In this document: one piece after another, positions 1 through 11,217 of the stretch
How positions within the stretch are numbered: position 1 is the first letter of the stretch
Layout: each line of letters begins with the position of its first letter
Assembly (NCBI GenBank): GCA_965246715.1
Contig: CBDFFH010000020.1
Location: forward strand, 160,001 to 224,000
Length of the DNA: 64,000 nt
Reading direction: 5' to 3'
From: Chamaesiphon sp.
GTDB lineage: Bacteria > Cyanobacteriota > Cyanobacteriia > Cyanobacteriales > Chamaesiphonaceae
Made by a program: the position numbers and the translations under genes
The notes under the pieces: generated by a model
Database searches by the model: none
Told to the model about the DNA's origin: nothing
The model's input: the letters and a program-made list of their open reading frames with translations, nothing else

Positions 1-1455
1 ACGAAACCAGAGATTCAAGTTCCGGCACAGTGTATCAGCTTACTAGGTTCTGAAGTGGACTGGAGCTATTTTTCCGAACCAGAACCAGGTCTAAATAACC
101 GTAAGATGTTTTGTTCTCGTGGCAAAGTCTTGGGCGGCAGCAGTTCGATTAATTTCATGATGTATGTCCGAGGCAATCCTCACGATTATGACCATTGGCA
201 GGAATTGGGGAATCCTGGTTGGAGCTACCAGGATATGTTGCCCTATTTCAAGAAATCCGAGCACCAACAGCGCGGAGCCGACGCATACCACGGGGTTGAT
301 GGCGAGTTGAGCATCACCGATATTATGTCCCCTGCTGTGGTATCCCAGCGGTTTGTCGATGCCTGTGTATCGATGGGATCTGACTACAATCCTGATTTCA
401 ACGGTACACAGCAGACAGGGGTGGGGTTCTATCAATTAACAGTCAAAGATGGCAAACGGCACAGTGCTGCGGCGGCTTTCTTGGTACCCATTCTCGAACG
501 TCCCAATTTGACGATAACGACAGGCGCATTGGTGACTCGGTTGCTGTTTGAGGGCAACCGCGCCGTTGGAGTGGAATATCTGCATGATGGCACACTGCAC
601 CAAGTCCGAGTTAACAAAGAAGTGGTGTTAAGTGCGGGTGCGTTCGATTCGCCTAAACTGCTGCTCCTGTCAGGGATTGGGGATGCAGAATACCTGCGAT
701 CGATGGGGATTGCTGTCGTGGCTAATTTACCAGGTGTCGGTCAAAATCTCCAAGACCACCTGCTGGTGACGGTAGTTCGCGCCAGCACTCAAGATATTCA
801 CCCAGCGATAACGAGTAATGGGATTGAAGCCGGATTATTTGCACACAGTGAGGGGAATCGGGATGTGGCACCTGACTTACAGTTCTTCGCTGGCCCCATT
901 CTCTTCGCGCCTCCTGGCTATCCCCTCCCTGATTCGGGATTCACGGGTGCCGTCTCTTTGACTCGGCTTCAAAACGTTGGCAGTGTCAGTTTAAAGTCGA
1001 TCGATCCCCAAGATGCGCCAATAATGCGGATGAACTATCTCCAAAGTCAAGCCGATGTGCAAAAGCTGGTTGAGGGAATTAAACTCATCCGTCAATTGTT
1101 CGAGCATAGTGCTTTTGATGAGTTTCGCGGTGAGGAAATCGCCCCAGGTGCCAACGTAACTAGCGATGAAGCGATCGAAACATACGTCCGCGATGGTTGT
1201 AGCACTGTCTGGCATCCAGTCGGCACTTGCAAGATGGGTAACGACTCAATGGCAGTTGTAGACCCCGAACTACGGGTACATGGAATTGAGGGGCTGCGGG
1301 TCGTGGATGCCTCGATTATGCCAACAATTACGACAGGTAATACGAATGCACCGACGATCGCCATCGGCGAAAAAGCCGCCGATTTAATTAGAGCAGAGCG
1401 TACCTCACAAAGCATTGCCAATAAACTTAATCTTCAAGTTCCATCGTATCCCTAG
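1..1455 (+). CDS. GMC family oxidoreductase (choline dehydrogenase-like), 5' end outside window
   Basis: RGKVLGGSSSIN, GVGQNLQDH, WHPVGTCKMG and GNTNAPTI motifs; frame is open from position 1. Confidence 0.92.
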   Translation, partial: TKPEIQVPAQCISLLGSEVDWSYFSEPEPGLNNRKMFCSRGKVLGGSSSINFMMYVRGNPHDYDHWQELGNPGWSYQDMLPYFKKSEHQQRGADAYHGVDGELSITDIMSPAVVSQRFVDACVSMGSDYNPDFNGTQQTGVGFYQLTVKDGKRHSAAAAFLVPILERPNLTITTGALVTRLLFEGNRAVGVEYLHDGTLHQVRVNKEVVLSAGAFDSPKLLLLSGIGDAEYLRSMGIAVVANLPGVGQNLQDHLLVTVVRASTQDIHPAITSNGIEAGLFAHSEGNRDVAPDLQFFAGPILFAPPGYPLPDSGFTGAVSLTRLQNVGSVSLKSIDPQDAPIMRMNYLQSQADVQKLVEGIKLIRQLFEHSAFDEFRGEEIAPGANVTSDEAIETYVRDGCSTVWHPVGTCKMGNDSMAVVDPELRVHGIEGLRVVDASIMPTITTGNTNAPTIAIGEKAADLIRAERTSQSIANKLNLQVPSYP

Positions 1456-1535
1456 CGAAATTGGCGACGAAATTCTGGGTGTACCTGGAGATCTCTTTTA
1501 GAGGGCGTTATCACTTAAAAGGAAAACTAAAAACT

Positions 1536-2048
1536 ATGAATTCACAAACAGCTCAGACCATTACTGCTGACGAGTCGGCAATCCGTGATTTCCATCGCCA
1601 GATGATTGATGCTTGGAATCGAGGTAGCGGCGAAGGTTTCGCTGCCCCGTTCAGCGAAACTGCCGATTTCATCACGTTCGAGGGCACGCATCTCAAGGGT
1701 CGAAAAGAAATCGCTGCATTTCATCAGCAAGCGTTCGACACGGTTGTCAAAGGAACGCGCTTGGAGGGTGATGTGAATTTTGTCCGCCTCGTGAACTCGC
1801 AACTCGCGCTCATGCTCGTAGAGATCCGGGTAATACTGCCCGGACAAACCGAAACTTCACCGTCACGAGATTCGCTACCGCTATACGTCGCAACGAAACG
1901 CGACGAAGGTTGGCAGATCGAAGGGTTGCTCAATACCCGGAAGTTAACGCTAGAACGTCAATTCTTCTTAGATGACTTTGACTCACTGAGCGCAGAGGCT
2001 CAACGTCAAGTGACCGACATCGTTGCAGATCTCAAGCAGAGTCATTAA
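1536..2048 (+). CDS. SgcJ/EcaC-type (SnoaL/NTF2-like) protein
   Basis: DAWNRG..GFAAPFSETADFITFEG..KGRKEI pattern; ATG at 1536 downstream of AAGGA. Confidence 0.8.
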   Translation: MNSQTAQTITADESAIRDFHRQMIDAWNRGSGEGFAAPFSETADFITFEGTHLKGRKEIAAFHQQAFDTVVKGTRLEGDVNFVRLVNSQLALMLVEIRVILPGQTETSPSRDSLPLYVATKRDEGWQIEGLLNTRKLTLERQFFLDDFDSLSAEAQRQVTDIVADLKQSH

Positions 2049-2079
2049 GCAGATCGTTTGTAATGTCAGGAAGACGCTT

Positions 2080-2991
2080 ATGAAACTGATTACGACACAA
2101 TTTGGGCGGCATTCCACTGCCGCTGAGGTAGTAGCAGGCATCGATCTCTTCAGCAAGCGGGCGATTGTCACCGGAGCGGCATCGGGCATCGGTGTAGAGA
2201 CGGCGCGGGCACTGGCTCACACTGGGGCTGATGTGACACTGGCGGTGCGGAACACTGACGCTGGAACGCAGACAGCGGCTGATATCACCGCGACCACTGG
2301 GAACCAGAACATTCATGTCGCCCCACTCGATCTAACCGATCGAGCCTCGATCGCCAAATTCGTCGCCGCATGGCATGAACCGCTGCATATCCTCGTCAAC
2401 AACGCGGGGGTAATGGCATCACCCGAACAGCACACGCCTGAGGGGTGGGAAATGCAGTTTGCCACCAACCACCTCGGACACTTTGCCCTAGCACTCGGAC
2501 TCCACGACGCGCTGGCTGCGGACGGTGCCGCCCGGATCGTGTCCGTCAGTTCTAGCGGACACATGCTCTCGCCGATCGTATTTGATGATATCCACTTCGC
2601 GTTTCGCGCCTACGACCCGTGGCTGGCATACGGGCAGTCCAAAACAGCGAATGTGCTGTTCGCCGTCGGTGCCACCAAACGTTGGTTTGGGGATGGTATC
2701 ACTGCTAATGCGCTGATGCCTGGTGCGATCGCCACCAACCTCCAACGTTATATCGGCGTTATTCAAACCCCGCCAGAGCGGAGGAAGACACCGGAACAAG
2801 GTGCTGCTACTTCCGTTCTACTGGCAACCTCCCCACTGCTGGAAGGCATCGGCGGTCGTTATTTCGCGGACTGCAATGAAGCCGCGATCGTGCCCCAGCG
2901 AACCAAAGACTACAGCGGTGTTGCCCCCTACGCCCTCAACCCAGACAACGCCGAGCGGCTCTGGGAGGACTCGTTACACCTGCTCGCCTAA
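2080..2991 (+). CDS. SDR family oxidoreductase (retinol dehydrogenase/WWOX-like)
   Basis: TGAASGIG, NNAG, FATNHLGHF and YGQSK motifs. Confidence 0.9.
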   Translation: MKLITTQFGRHSTAAEVVAGIDLFSKRAIVTGAASGIGVETARALAHTGADVTLAVRNTDAGTQTAADITATTGNQNIHVAPLDLTDRASIAKFVAAWHEPLHILVNNAGVMASPEQHTPEGWEMQFATNHLGHFALALGLHDALAADGAARIVSVSSSGHMLSPIVFDDIHFAFRAYDPWLAYGQSKTANVLFAVGATKRWFGDGITANALMPGAIATNLQRYIGVIQTPPERRKTPEQGAATSVLLATSPLLEGIGGRYFADCNEAAIVPQRTKDYSGVAPYALNPDNAERLWEDSLHLLA

Positions 2992-3025
2992 CAATCGAAT
3001 GCCCTTCAAAACTTGGGATCTAAAA

Positions 3026-3676
3026 ATGAAACTCATCTCTGTCAATGTCGGACTACCGCGTGAAGTGACCTGGAAAGGAAAAACCGTTAGCACTGGAATT
3101 TTCAAACAGCCAGTCAACGAACGGGTGATGGTGCGATCGCTCAATTTAGACGGCGACGGACAGGCAGATCTCACCGTTCATGGGGGATTAGACAAAGCAG
3201 TCTACGTCTATCCGTTCGAGCATTACGATTACTGGCGAGGTGAATTGCCTCAGACTGAGCTGCCGCTGGGCATCTTTGGTGAAAATTTCACCACCACTGG
3301 ACTCACAGAAGCGGACGTGAATATTGGCGATCGATTTGGGATCGGCACTGTCAAATTGATGGTGACACAACCGCGTCTGCCCTGCTACAAACTGGGGATT
3401 CGGTTTGGACGACCCGATATGGTGAAACGCTTTCTCGCTAGTCGTCGTACCGGATTTTACTTCCGTGTGTTAGAAGAGGGCGAAGTCGGAGTTGGGGATA
3501 CTCTAGAGCTGGAGAGCCGAGACGAGAATAAGATCGCGGTTGCCGATATTACTCAACTTTATGTGCGTGAGGAAGACAATCCAGAGCTACTTCACCGCGC
3601 TGCTCGACTTGAAGCATTACCTACAAGTTGGCGTGACTACTTCCAGGAACAAAGTCGTCGTCAGGATGCGAGCTAA
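3026..3676 (+). CDS. MOSC domain protein (YiiM-like)
   Basis: [28 protein letters not shown] and [10 protein letters not shown]; the longer ORF-track start overlaps the upstream gene. Confidence 0.9.
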   Translation: MKLISVNVGLPREVTWKGKTVSTGIFKQPVNERVMVRSLNLDGDGQADLTVHGGLDKAVYVYPFEHYDYWRGELPQTELPLGIFGENFTTTGLTEADVNIGDRFGIGTVKLMVTQPRLPCYKLGIRFGRPDMVKRFLASRRTGFYFRVLEEGEVGVGDTLELESRDENKIAVADITQLYVREEDNPELLHRAARLEALPTSWRDYFQEQSRRQDAS

Positions 3677-3734
3677 ATTAACCAGCCATCAAACGCTGCC
3701 ATTTTACCTTTATAAACTTACAAGGAGCCAAGTT

Positions 3735-4604
3735 ATGACTACATTTCATACCGTTTCGATCGATGGTTTAGATATTTTCTACCGAGAAGCTGGTTCCCGT
3801 AGTAATCCCACGATTCTGCTGTTGCACGGCTTCCCAACTTCCTCTCACATGTTCCGCAACTTGATACCAGCACTTGCCGATAAATTCCATCTGGTTGCCC
3901 CCGACTATCCTGGCTTTGGTAATAGCTCGATGCCAAGTGTGAACGAGTTTGACTACACATTCGATCGGCTGGCTGAGATCGTGGAGAAATTCATTACCGC
4001 GATCGACCTCAAGAAATACAGCCTTTACGTAATGGATTACGGTGCGCCCATTGGCTACCGGATTGCAGCAAAATATCCCGAACGAGTGCAAGCATTAATT
4101 GTGCAAAATGGCAATGCCTACGAGGAAGGTCTGCGCGAATTTTGGGAGCCGATCGAGGCATATTGGCAAGATCGATCGCCTGAAAATGCTAGCAAGCTCG
4201 CTCACCTTGTCACCCTAGAAGCTACTAAGTGGCAGTATACTAACGGCGTTCGCAATCTGGAATCGATTAGCCCTGACACCTGGAATATGGATCAACCCTT
4301 ACTCGATCGCCCTGGCAACGATGAGATTCAACTGGCACTGCTGTATAGCTATGGCACGAATCCACCGTTATACCCGCAATGGCAAGAGTATTTCCGCAAA
4401 TATCAGCCACCCACCCTGATTGTTTGGGGCAAGAACGACTATATCTTCCCTGCCGAAGGTGCTTATCCCTACCAGCACGACTTGAAAGACGTTGAGTTTC
4501 ATTTACTCGATACCGGACACTTTGCACTGGAAGAAGATGGGGATGCGATCGCTAACTACATCGGTCAATTTCTCACCTCACGACTACAACCTATCCCTGT
4601 CTAA
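3735..4604 (+). CDS. Alpha/beta hydrolase (epoxide hydrolase/dehalogenase-like)
   Basis: [18 protein letters not shown] nucleophile and GHFALE; AAGGAG RBS before ATG 3735. Confidence 0.9.
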   Translation: MTTFHTVSIDGLDIFYREAGSRSNPTILLLHGFPTSSHMFRNLIPALADKFHLVAPDYPGFGNSSMPSVNEFDYTFDRLAEIVEKFITAIDLKKYSLYVMDYGAPIGYRIAAKYPERVQALIVQNGNAYEEGLREFWEPIEAYWQDRSPENASKLAHLVTLEATKWQYTNGVRNLESISPDTWNMDQPLLDRPGNDEIQLALLYSYGTNPPLYPQWQEYFRKYQPPTLIVWGKNDYIFPAEGAYPYQHDLKDVEFHLLDTGHFALEEDGDAIANYIGQFLTSRLQPIPV

Positions 4605-4615
4605 GGAGTAACTCC

Positions 4616-4645
4616 ATGACTATATTTCGCACAGTTGCGATCGAT
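4616..4645 (+). pseudogene. N-terminal remnant of a paralogous alpha/beta hydrolase
   Basis: AAGGAG RBS plus MTIFRTVAID, versus [10 protein letters not shown] at 3735; similarity ends at a CGATCG site. Confidence 0.5.
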
Positions 4646-4805
4646 CTACGAAGATATCTAGATCGTCGCCACCAGCAACGATCTAGATACTGTCAATGGT
4701 GGATTAGGGCAATGCCTAATCCACACCAGGCAATCTATTAAGCCAGTTAGATTGACAGTGCCATTTCAACAGATTATTTACGATCCATCAACCACAGGAG
4801 AACTT

Positions 4806-5801
4806 ATGATTGCTCAAGCAACCTCTCAAGCAGTGAAAGTTTTGGAAGTCGCAGACGATCCGCGTCTTTCCAAAGAAGTGAAGGCATTTTTGGCATTATT
4901 GAATTCTGGGGGCGTGCCTTTAGAGACATTAACTCCAGTCGAAGCGCGTCAAGTGCTAGTGGATGCACAAGCTTCCGTCAAAGTGGATCTTTCAGGCATT
5001 GACGAGTCCGAACAGATGATTACCGCTGACGGTTATCCGATTACACTCAATATTGTGCGACCTGAAGGTGTCAAAGGCACATTGCCTGTGTTCATCTTTA
5101 TTCACGGCGGCGGTTGGGTGCTGGGCGATTACCCAACGCACAAACGCATGGTGCGCGATCTCGTCGTACTCTCAGGTTTTGCGGCTGTCTTTGTCAACTA
5201 CACTCGCACCCCAGATGCTCGGTATCCCCAGGCAATTAATGAGATCTATGCCGCGACCAAATGGGTCGCCGAGCATGGTGAGGAGATTGATGTTGACGGC
5301 AAAAATCTGGCTGTTGTCGGCAACAGTGTCGGCGGTAACATGACGGCTGTAACCGCTTTGATGGCGAAAACCAAAGGGGGGCCGCACATTAAGTTGCAAA
5401 TTATGATGTGGCCGATCGTCGCCGCTAATTTTGACACGGATTCTTATCAACAATTTGGCGAGCAACGGTACCTAACCACACCCTTGATGAAGTGGATGTA
5501 TGACATGTACATCGCCGACCCAGAAAAACGCCAAGACATCTATGCCTCTCCCCTCCAGGCTACGATCGAGCAACTCAAAGGATTGCCGCCAGCGTTAATT
5601 CAGGTAGCGGAAAGCGATGTCCTGCGGGATGGAGGCGAAGCGTATGGACGCAAGCTGGATGAAGCTGGGGTAAAAGTGACAACCGTGCGTTACAACGGCA
5701 TGATTCATGACTTTGGACTGCTGAATGGTTTAGCTGAGGTTCCGGCGGTTCGGTCTCTTTTTGTCCAAGCAGCCGCCGAACTGAAGAAGTATCTGCAATA
5801 G
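4806..5801 (+). CDS. HSL-family esterase/lipase
   Basis: HGGGW, GNSVGG, DVLRD and HDF motifs. Confidence 0.92.
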   Translation: MIAQATSQAVKVLEVADDPRLSKEVKAFLALLNSGGVPLETLTPVEARQVLVDAQASVKVDLSGIDESEQMITADGYPITLNIVRPEGVKGTLPVFIFIHGGGWVLGDYPTHKRMVRDLVVLSGFAAVFVNYTRTPDARYPQAINEIYAATKWVAEHGEEIDVDGKNLAVVGNSVGGNMTAVTALMAKTKGGPHIKLQIMMWPIVAANFDTDSYQQFGEQRYLTTPLMKWMYDMYIADPEKRQDIYASPLQATIEQLKGLPPALIQVAESDVLRDGGEAYGRKLDEAGVKVTTVRYNGMIHDFGLLNGLAEVPAVRSLFVQAAAELKKYLQ

Positions 5802-5974
5802 GGCACGACGCAATACATTTCGGTTAAGTCTAAATCTCGATCGTTTTTAGTCCGCGTTCGCGGACTTTGCCTCACAAGCGGCGGTTTGCGTCGCGCTATC
5901 GTCGGGTTTCTCGATGGTTTAGCGCGACTGACTACCCGAACTTTATTGACACCACTCTGAGGTACCTAACCGCC

Positions 5975-6406
5975 ATGACCGACCATACCCCATTCGCCAC
6001 CAGTGCCTCTGCCCAAAGTGCCAAGGATATTCGCGGCGCATCACCGTTAATCGCGATCGACAACGAAGCACCCGCCAAGCTGATTGTCGATCCACCGTTG
6101 CCCGAACCACTCGCTCAGGGTCGCGTGTTTATCCAGTATCGGACGGAAAACCTGCGCGTGTTGCCCGTATTCGGCAAAGGTGCCCTCGAAGTATCGCCCC
6201 GCATCGGTCATATCCACATTACCGTTGACGATGCACCGTGGCATTTTGTTGACGCTAGCGGCGAAACGATCATCCTGGTGGGACTGGAACCTGGCTCGCA
6301 CCAAGTGCGGATCGAACTAGCCGACCCCACCCACCAAGTAATCGCCAGTGAAACGGTGAGGTTCGTGCTGCCCAATCCTCAGCAAGGAGAGAACCGTGGA
6401 CACTGA
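5975..6406 (+). CDS. DUF6130-like protein
   Basis: DPPLPEPLA.GRVFIQYRTENL..SPRIGHIH.TVDD.PWHFVD pattern. Confidence 0.7.
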   Translation: MTDHTPFATSASAQSAKDIRGASPLIAIDNEAPAKLIVDPPLPEPLAQGRVFIQYRTENLRVLPVFGKGALEVSPRIGHIHITVDDAPWHFVDASGETIILVGLEPGSHQVRIELADPTHQVIASETVRFVLPNPQQGENRGH

Positions 6407-7784
6407 ATACTATGACGACATTATTATCAGTGGCGGCAAAGCCGGAAAAACCTTGGCACCCGTGCTGGTAGCTAAAGGACGGAAAACCGCTCTCGTCGAA
6501 CGCAGTTTAAGCACGATTGGAGGCGGGTGCATCAATCTTGCCTGTATTCCTACCAAAACAATGGTAGCCAGCGCGGAGATCGCCAACACTGTGCGACACA
6601 GCGCAGCTTATGGGATCGATACGACACCGCCTACCGTCGATCTAGCAACAGTAATTCAACGCAAACGATCGGTTGTCGAATCGGCACGCGCAACGAATTT
6701 GCACAATCTAGAAACGGCTCTCGATCGCGATCTCATTATTGGCACAGCGCGGTTTGTGGCTCCTAAAACCATTGAAGCGATCGCGACGGATGGCACCACT
6801 CGCTTACTCACCGCCGAACGATTGTTTATCAATACAGGTACGCGACCCCTAATTCCAGCCATACCTGGACTCAAAGAGATCGGGTTCTTGACGAGTGAGT
6901 CGATGATGGAGCTAGCACAATTGCCCGAACACCTCATCGTGCTCGGTAGTGGCTATATTGGGTTAGAGTTTGCTCAGATGTTCCGTCGCTTTGGCTGTCG
7001 CGTTACCGTAATTGGGCAAAGCGATCGAATTCTGTCATCTCAAGATCCCGATCTGGCGATCGCCGTTCAATCGCTGCTAGAACGTGAAGGAATTGAATTC
7101 TTGCTCGCTGCGAAGGTGTTGAGGGTCGTTCGCGTTGGCAATGAAACCAGCCTGCAAATTCAGGTAGGCGATCGTCAGATAAGTCTTCAGGGTTCGCATT
7201 TGCTCGTTGCTGTGGGTCGCGCAGCTACTACCGATACCTTAAACTTAACGGCTGCGGGGATAGCAACCGACGCATTTGGATTTATTCGAGTCAACGAGCG
7301 ATTAGAGACCAACATACCGGGGATTTGGGCATTAGGCGACATCAATGGCGGCCCCCAATATACCCATGTGTCGCTCGACGATTATCGGATTATCAAAGCG
7401 AATCTAATCGACGGTGGCAACCGCAGTACACGCGATCGTCCGATTCCCTCCTGTCTGTTCATCGATCCAGAACTGGCTCATGTGGGGCTGACCGAAACCG
7501 AAGCGCAGCAACAAGGGTATACCATCCGCGTGGCGAAAATATGTGCCTCAGCCATTCCCAGAGCGCAAACACTGGGTCGAACCGATGGACTGCTCAAAGC
7601 GATCGTGGATGCTAAGACAGGACATATCCTCGGTTGTTCGCTCTTGTGCCACTCAGCGGGTGAAATGATTTCAACCGTGCAGATGGTGATGCAGGCGCAG
7701 ATGCCCTACACCGTTTTACGCGATGGCGTGTTGACGCATCCCACCATGACCGAAGGATTAAATTTGCTGTTCTCAAAGTTGTAA
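6396..7784 (+). CDS. Pyridine nucleotide-disulfide oxidoreductase (RclA/MerA-like, no C-terminal Cys pair)
   Basis: GGCINLACIPTK redox disulfide, GSGYIGLE and THPTMTE motifs. Confidence 0.88.
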   Translation: MDTEYYDDIIISGGKAGKTLAPVLVAKGRKTALVERSLSTIGGGCINLACIPTKTMVASAEIANTVRHSAAYGIDTTPPTVDLATVIQRKRSVVESARATNLHNLETALDRDLIIGTARFVAPKTIEAIATDGTTRLLTAERLFINTGTRPLIPAIPGLKEIGFLTSESMMELAQLPEHLIVLGSGYIGLEFAQMFRRFGCRVTVIGQSDRILSSQDPDLAIAVQSLLEREGIEFLLAAKVLRVVRVGNETSLQIQVGDRQISLQGSHLLVAVGRAATTDTLNLTAAGIATDAFGFIRVNERLETNIPGIWALGDINGGPQYTHVSLDDYRIIKANLIDGGNRSTRDRPIPSCLFIDPELAHVGLTETEAQQQGYTIRVAKICASAIPRAQTLGRTDGLLKAIVDAKTGHILGCSLLCHSAGEMISTVQMVMQAQMPYTVLRDGVLTHPTMTEGLNLLFSKL

Positions 7785-7883
7785 GGCAGCAAGAGCAGAC
7801 ACCTCACGATCGGTTTTTTAGCAATGTGGTCGCAACCGTTGCAGATGAATCTTTCAAACTCAATAACTACAGGACTTATCATC

Positions 7884-8633
7884 ATGAACAAACTAGACGG
7901 AAAAATCGCGCTGGTCACTGGCGGCACTAGCGGCATTGGTCTTGCCACCGCCAAGCGTTTCGTGTCTGAAGGAGCATATGTCTTCATCACGGGTCGTCGT
8001 CAAACTGAACTGGATGCCGCCGTAACAGAGATTGGCAAAAATGTCACGGGTGTGCAGAGCGATGTCTCTAATCTAGCAGATCTCGATCGCCTGTTCGCCA
8101 AGATCGAGCAAGCGCAAGGACACCTTGATGTAGTCTTCGCCAATGCTGGCGGTGGAGAAATCGCCCCACTTGGCTCGATTACTGAAGAACACTTTGACAA
8201 AACGTTCGACACCAACGTCAAAGGGTTACTGTTTACCGTCCAAAAGGCACTGCCGCTGCTGCGAGAGGGTGCTGCGATCATCCTGAACGCCTCGACTGCT
8301 TCTACGGTAGGTACCCCAGCCTTCAGCATCTACAGCGCGACCAAAGCCGCAGTGAGATCGTTTGCCCGTAATTGGACACTCGACCTTAAAGATCGCCAGA
8401 TCCGGGTTAACGCCATTAGTCCTGGCGTGGTGCCGACTCCTGGCTACAATCTTCTAGGACTGAGTGATGAGCAGGTGCAGGAATTCGTAGACAGCCAAGC
8501 CAGCACTATCCCACTGGGAAGAGTTGGTACGCCCGATGAGATCGCCAAAGCAGTGGTCTTTCTCGCTTCAGACGACAGCAGCTTTGTGAATGGGATCGAG
8601 CTGTTTGTCGATGGTGGTATGGCACAGATTTGA
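7884..8633 (+). CDS. SDR family oxidoreductase
   Basis: [16 protein letters not shown] and VDGG motifs. Confidence 0.92.
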   Translation: MNKLDGKIALVTGGTSGIGLATAKRFVSEGAYVFITGRRQTELDAAVTEIGKNVTGVQSDVSNLADLDRLFAKIEQAQGHLDVVFANAGGGEIAPLGSITEEHFDKTFDTNVKGLLFTVQKALPLLREGAAIILNASTASTVGTPAFSIYSATKAAVRSFARNWTLDLKDRQIRVNAISPGVVPTPGYNLLGLSDEQVQEFVDSQASTIPLGRVGTPDEIAKAVVFLASDDSSFVNGIELFVDGGMAQI

Positions 8634-8746
8634 AACGTTCACTTTTCGCCCAGCTTAGAGTGCTCAAAGGGGCGATCGCAAAGACCAGCCTTGTCACGAG
8701 TGGATCGCCCTTTGCCCGACTGAATATTAACGAAGGAGAAACTGAA

Positions 8747-9198
8747 ATGGACACGAACAATGAACGAGCAATTCGCCACCTCTACCATGTGGCAGAAGCT
8801 GAGTACGAGGATCTGAAGGCTTTTGTTGCCTGTTTCACAGCGGACGGAAATTTATCGATATGTCATCGGGCATCACCCTTCACGGCCCGGACGAGTTGTG
8901 AAAGTCAGTCGCTGTGATGTCGAAGGCTTTTCCCGACATACAGCGGGAAATCCACCACCTGCACGTCGTGGGTGATGTTGTCATCGTCGAGCTGACGTTG
9001 CAGGGAACGCATACGGGGCCACTTACCTTGCCTATCGGGACTATCCCTGCTTCAGGCAAGACGATGCACGCGCCGTGCTGCGATATATTTCGGCTTGTAA
9101 ATGGGAAAGTCAAGTTTTTCGATTGCTACAACGAAATGTCAGTCATCTTGGCTCAGCTCGGCGTGCTATCGAATCTGCAAGGCGCGCTGGTGCCTTGA
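8747..9198 (+). pseudogene. SnoaL-like ester cyclase pseudogene
   Basis: MDTNNERAIRHLY..FTADG switches frame near 8848 to KFIDMSSGITLHGPDEL, has an in-frame TGA at 8899, then continues KSVAVMSKAFPD..GTHTGPL. Confidence 0.75.
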
Positions 9199-9238
9199 GC
9201 ATCGACTCACTAAATTCACTCACTTTAGAGGTAATTAA

Positions 9239-9952
9239 ATGGTTACTATAGCTATCCACACAATTCACGACCGCAATCTCCGAGGACATAGTAAAATCGG
9301 CTGGCTCGATAGCTGGCAAACCTTTTCATTTAGTGGTTTTCAAGATCCCAATCGGATGGGTTTTCGATCGCTGCGGGTAATTAATGACGATCGCGTGACT
9401 CCAGGTGCTGGTTTTGGCACCCACGGGCACAAAGACATGGAGATTCTCACCTATGTTTTAGAAGGTGAATTGGCACATAAAGACAGTCTGGGCACTGGCT
9501 CGGTCATTCGCCCTGGCGATGTCCAAATTATGAGTGCAGGGACGGGGATTCAACACAGTGAATTTAATAATTCCGAGTCCAATCCCGTCCATTTTCTCCA
9601 AATTTGGATGTTACCCGATCGCAATAATATTACCCCACGCTACGACCAAAAGGATTTTCCCCTAGCCGAAAAACAGGGCAAACTCCGGCTAGTTGGTTCC
9701 AAAGATGGGCGAGATGGTTCGGTAATAATTAATCAAGATATCGATCTCTATGTCTCGGTGCTATCAGCAGGCGATCTGGTGAAGTTTGATGTAGCCCAAA
9801 ATCGGTTTGCTTGGATTCAAGTCGCACGCGGTATGGCAACGCTCAACGGCGAATCATTGCGTGAAGGTGATGGGGTGCAAATCAACAGTCCAGAATTGCT
9901 GGAACTAAGCACCGAATCTAATGCTGAAATTTTGTTATTCGACTTGTCTTGA
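9239..9952 (+). CDS. Pirin family protein (copy 1)
   Basis: GFGTHGHKDMEI, MSAGTGIQHSE and FLQIW motifs. Confidence 0.92.
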   Translation: MVTIAIHTIHDRNLRGHSKIGWLDSWQTFSFSGFQDPNRMGFRSLRVINDDRVTPGAGFGTHGHKDMEILTYVLEGELAHKDSLGTGSVIRPGDVQIMSAGTGIQHSEFNNSESNPVHFLQIWMLPDRNNITPRYDQKDFPLAEKQGKLRLVGSKDGRDGSVIINQDIDLYVSVLSAGDLVKFDVAQNRFAWIQVARGMATLNGESLREGDGVQINSPELLELSTESNAEILLFDLS

Positions 9953-9998
9953 AACTTACTTTTGTGGACATTCTGAAGGATGCCATTACTACTTGTCG

Positions 9999-10022
9999 TT
10001 CGCGTAGCGTCCGCTTTGCGGA
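9999..10022 (-). mobile_element. 24-nt double-hairpin micro-element in a CGATCG site (intergenic)
   Basis: CGAT+TCCGCAAAGCGGACGCTACGCGAA+CG on minus; the paralogous site near 14483 is empty. Confidence 0.8.
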
Positions 10023-10078
10023 ATCGGCATGTCTCAAGTAAGGTAAACAGTTTAATTTACACATGAGGAAGTTTCGAT

Positions 10079-11020
10079 ATGGTCATTTCCACTGGCAATC
10101 TACCTGCTACAAACCTATTTCCTAGTTTGCCTCTATCATCATGGCAGGATACTTATACTGTCCTGCACCTCTGGACTCAGATCGTTGGCAAAATTCGGCT
10201 GGCACTGTCTCCCAACGTTAATCACTGGTGGCACTCGACCCTCTACGTGACCCCACGCGGACTGACAACTGGGACAATTCCCTACAAAACTCGCATTATA
10301 GAGATCCGGTTTGACTTTATTGATCGCCAGTTGCACATTGAATCGAGCGATGGCGCAAGCCAGACCGTTGAACTGATGCCGCGATCTGTAGCGAATTTCT
10401 ACCAAGCCGTGATGACAGCCTTGAAAGAAATCGATATTGAAGTGCGGATTTGGACGATGCCCCAAGAAATCGCCAATCCCATCCCCTTCGAGCGAGATAA
10501 CGAACATGCTACTTACGATCCAGAATCTGCCCAGCGATTTTGGCAGATTTTGGTACAAACCGATCGCATTCTGAGCACCTTTCGATCGAACTTCATTGGC
10601 AAATCCAGTCCAGTCCATTTTTTCTGGGGGAGTTTCGATCTCGCCATCACCCGTTTCTCTGGACGAACCGCGCCCCAGCATCCCGGCGGGGTGCCAGGAA
10701 TGGCGGATTGGGTGACGCGAGAAGCTTACTCCCATGAGGTCAGTAGCTGCGGTTTCTGGGCGGGAGATAAAGCTGTGACGGAGGCGGTTTTTTACGCCTA
10801 CGCTTATCCCGAACCGTCCGCCTTTCAAACCTATCCGATTCAGCCCAAGGAGGCGTTTTACAATGCCCAGATGCGAGAGTTTGTCTTGCCCTATGAGACA
10901 GTACGGCAAGCAGCCGATCCAGAAGCAATGCTACTAACGTTTCTGCAAAGCACCTATGAGGCGGCGGCAAATTCAGCCCATTGGGAGCGAGGATTGCTAG
11001 AGCGATCTCCAGGCTCATAA
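10079..11020 (+). CDS. DUF5996 family protein
   Basis: LHLWTQIVGKIRL, SPVHFFWGSFDLAITRFSGR and EAYSHEVSSCGFW. Confidence 0.85.
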   Translation: MVISTGNLPATNLFPSLPLSSWQDTYTVLHLWTQIVGKIRLALSPNVNHWWHSTLYVTPRGLTTGTIPYKTRIIEIRFDFIDRQLHIESSDGASQTVELMPRSVANFYQAVMTALKEIDIEVRIWTMPQEIANPIPFERDNEHATYDPESAQRFWQILVQTDRILSTFRSNFIGKSSPVHFFWGSFDLAITRFSGRTAPQHPGGVPGMADWVTREAYSHEVSSCGFWAGDKAVTEAVFYAYAYPEPSAFQTYPIQPKEAFYNAQMREFVLPYETVRQAADPEAMLLTFLQSTYEAAANSAHWERGLLERSPGS

Positions 11021-11217
11021 ATAGAAAGGAAAAAGAATTACAAACGTTTTAACTGTGTAACATAAGATAGCTACCGGATAAATGTCAAAACCTGCTTTGG
11101 TAGTTGGTGTATTGGATTCTGATAGACAATCCTCACTGTTTTTATTCAGACAAATCGTTTTTGATTAAAAATAAAAGATAAATTTTTGTGAGTAAAAATA
11201 GATTGAGAACAGCAAAA

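Noticed and set aside
6396..7784. merA / mercury resistance
   Set aside because: No C-terminal Cys-Cys, no metal-binding N-terminal domain and no mer operon genes; better called RclA-like
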